From the NCBI GenBank assembly GCA_021813045.1, contig JAKAMF010000001.1, positions 13,539 to 37,538 on the forward strand: 24,000 nucleotides of DNA. Reading direction: 5' to 3'. The first letter of the stretch is position 1, and the number at the start of each line of letters is the position of its first letter. Below, in pieces: positions 22,603 through 24,000 of the stretch. The translations under genes and the position numbers were made by a program. The notes beneath the pieces were generated by a model. It was not told where the DNA came from. It did not search any database and saw only the letters and a list, made by a program, of their open reading frames with translations. This DNA is from a bacterium. GTDB taxonomy: Bacteria > Omnitrophota > Gorgyraeia > Gygaellales > Profunditerraquicolaceae.

Positions 22603-23963
22603 TTTATACCCAGGGCCCGAAAGATCCCTTCCGCTTTAACCAGGGTTTCGCTATATTCGTCTTCCGGCTGCGAATCAGCCACGATCCCGCCGCCCACCCC
22701 GAAAGTGATTTTTGCTTTTTCTTTTAAGATAGTGCGGATTAAAATATTAAAATCCAGGTTGCCGGAAAAATCCAAATAACCCAGGCTCCCGGTATAGATT
22801 GAACGCCTGTCCGGCTCCAGCTCTTCAATAATTTCCATAGCGCGGATCTTCGGGCAGCCGGTGATCGAACCTCCGGGAAAACATGCCTTTAATAAATCGA
22901 TGCGGTCCTTGCCCTTGGCCAACCGGCCGCGGATTTCCGCAATAGCCTGATAAACCGTGCTGTATTTTTCGATCCGCCTTAAGGACGGCACGCGAATAGA
23001 GGCATAATCACAAACCCGGCCAAGATCATTGCGTTCCAAATCCACGATCATCATTAATTCCGCTTTGTCTTTTTCGCTTGAACGCAACTGATTAAATAAC
23101 TTTTTGTCCTTAGTTGATTGGATCCCCCTCGGCCGGGTGCCTTTCATCGGATAAGTCCAAACCTGGTTATTTTCCAGTTTTAAAAATCTTTCCGGCGAAG
23201 AACTGATAATTTGAAAGTTCCCGGCGTCAAAATAAACGCTAAAATCGGATGGGCTGGCTTGCCGCAAAGCCAGATAAATCTTTTCCGCCGGTAAATCGGT
23301 TTGGCCAATAAACTGCTGAGTCAGGTTAAGCTGATAGATATCCCCTTTTTTAATGTAATCTTTGGCCTTGCGCACTGCTTGCAAGTATTGCGCTTTGTTA
23401 AAATTAGCGTTAAGTTTTATTTTTGATTTAGCCGGCGCCAAGGCATGATTATCCGAAGGCCTGACCCGGCAAAGCAGTTGATAGATTTTTTTAAAATTAG
23501 CGGCGCAAAGTTTTTCCGCCGCCGGCGCCCGGGTTTCCGGAAAGCCTGCGCTAAAAATATAAATCCGGCTGCGGCAATGGTCGATCGCTACCCCACAATT
23601 ATAAAAACCAAAAAAAGCCGCCGGAATATCAACCCGCGGCTTTTGCCTTCTTTTTAATTTCGGCTCTAAATCAAAACCTAAATCATAAGCCAGATACCCG
23701 ACTGCCCCGCCGGAAAAAGGAAACGGGAATTTTTGGACGCCGGTATTGTAGGCGGCCAAACGCTGGCGCAATTGATTAAACACTAAAGAAGAATTCTCTT
23801 GGATGGTTAAAAAAGGGTCGATACCTAAAAATGAATACCTGCCATTAAGTGTTTTGCCTAAGCCGCTATCTAAGAAAAAACAGTTTTTCTGGCGGCTAAA
23901 TAACGCGAAGATATCCTGCGGCTTAAGTTTGAGTTTATATGATTTCCAGGTGTAATATGCCAT
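22599..23963 (-). CDS. pabB: Aminodeoxychorismate synthase component I (chorismate-binding enzyme)
   Basis: ~454 aa, chorismate-utilising family. SSSPERFLK, MKGTRPRG, EKDKAELMMIVDLERNDLGRV, FPGGSITGCPKIRAMEIIEELE and GGGIVADS. The track ORF starts at a TTG at 23966; the adjacent ATG at 23963 is preferred (AGGA 4 nt upstream). The PabB versus TrpE call rests on coupling to the class-IV enzyme. Confidence 0.8.
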   Translation of the reverse strand: MAYYTWKSYKLKLKPQDIFALFSRQKNCFFLDSGLGKTLNGRYSFLGIDPFLTIQENSSLVFNQLRQRLAAYNTGVQKFPFPFSGGAVGYLAYDLGFDLEPKLKRRQKPRVDIPAAFFGFYNCGVAIDHCRSRIYIFSAGFPETRAPAAEKLCAANFKKIYQLLCRVRPSDNHALAPAKSKIKLNANFNKAQYLQAVRKAKDYIKKGDIYQLNLTQQFIGQTDLPAEKIYLALRQASPSDFSVYFDAGNFQIISSSPERFLKLENNQVWTYPMKGTRPRGIQSTKDKKLFNQLRSSEKDKAELMMIVDLERNDLGRVCDYASIRVPSLRRIEKYSTVYQAIAEIRGRLAKGKDRIDLLKACFPGGSITGCPKIRAMEIIEELEPDRRSIYTGSLGYLDFSGNLDFNILIRTILKEKAKITFGVGGGIVADSQPEDEYSETLVKAEGIFRALGIK

Positions 23964-24000
23964 CAATCCTGAATGTGCGCTCGTCTTTGCGTAAACTGCA

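Noticed and set aside
1-24000. Scan for CRISPR repeats, tRNA/rRNA, IS elements, integrases, toxin-antitoxin pairs and phage-defence genes.
   Set aside because: No periodic direct repeats, no tRNA-like T-loop or acceptor patterns in the four spacers, and no transposase, integrase or defence-type proteins among the ORFs. The window looks like core chromosome rather than a mobile island.

Overview
AT-leaning bacterial chromosomal segment that is almost entirely coding. All 21 credible protein genes lie on the minus strand, and one is cut by the left edge. Genes are packed with 4-19 nt overlaps or very short spacers. Only four spacers exceed 90 nt: 2228-2366, 9258-9419, 12607-12745 and 15508-15607. 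I see no rRNA, tRNA, CRISPR array, transposase, integrase or long repeat. The supplied ORF track uses maximal ORFs and renders TTG/GTG starts as M, so I re-examined the starts by eye. Transcription order, right to left: (1) pabB-pabC. (2) A TPR/transglutaminase-core lipoprotein, a PilZ-domain membrane protein, an EndoIII-like glycosylase and a eukaryote-type hexokinase. (3) An M20 metallohydrolase, a PAC2-family protein and a YihX-like HAD hydrolase, followed by a strong intrinsic terminator. (4) Two paralogous Ddl-family ATP-grasp ligases and lysine 2,3-aminomutase (KamA), followed by a GC hairpin and a TTGACC-17-TATAAT promoter. (5) An EF-G-II-like GTPase, a YchF homologue with no P-loop, purH, folC and mnmE, followed by a 139-nt structured spacer. 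(6) folE, a PEGA-domain membrane protein and a partial GT2 glycosyltransferase. The best candidate for an undescribed system is the translationally coupled ATP-grasp/ATP-grasp/KamA operon at 9420-12606. It predicts an ATP-dependent beta-lysine conjugation pathway that lacks every known partner of beta-lysine metabolism, with an M20 hydrolase operon directly upstream. Secondary leads are a riboswitch-like three-way-junction leader with a mutually exclusive terminator/antiterminator pairing in front of folE, a P-loop-less YchF paired with an EF-G paralogue whose catalytic His is Tyr, and a PilZ-TM-coiled-coil protein with a helical-repeat C-terminal domain coupled to a transglutaminase lipoprotein. 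Gene content suggests an uncultivated lineage, but I cannot assign taxonomy from sequence alone.
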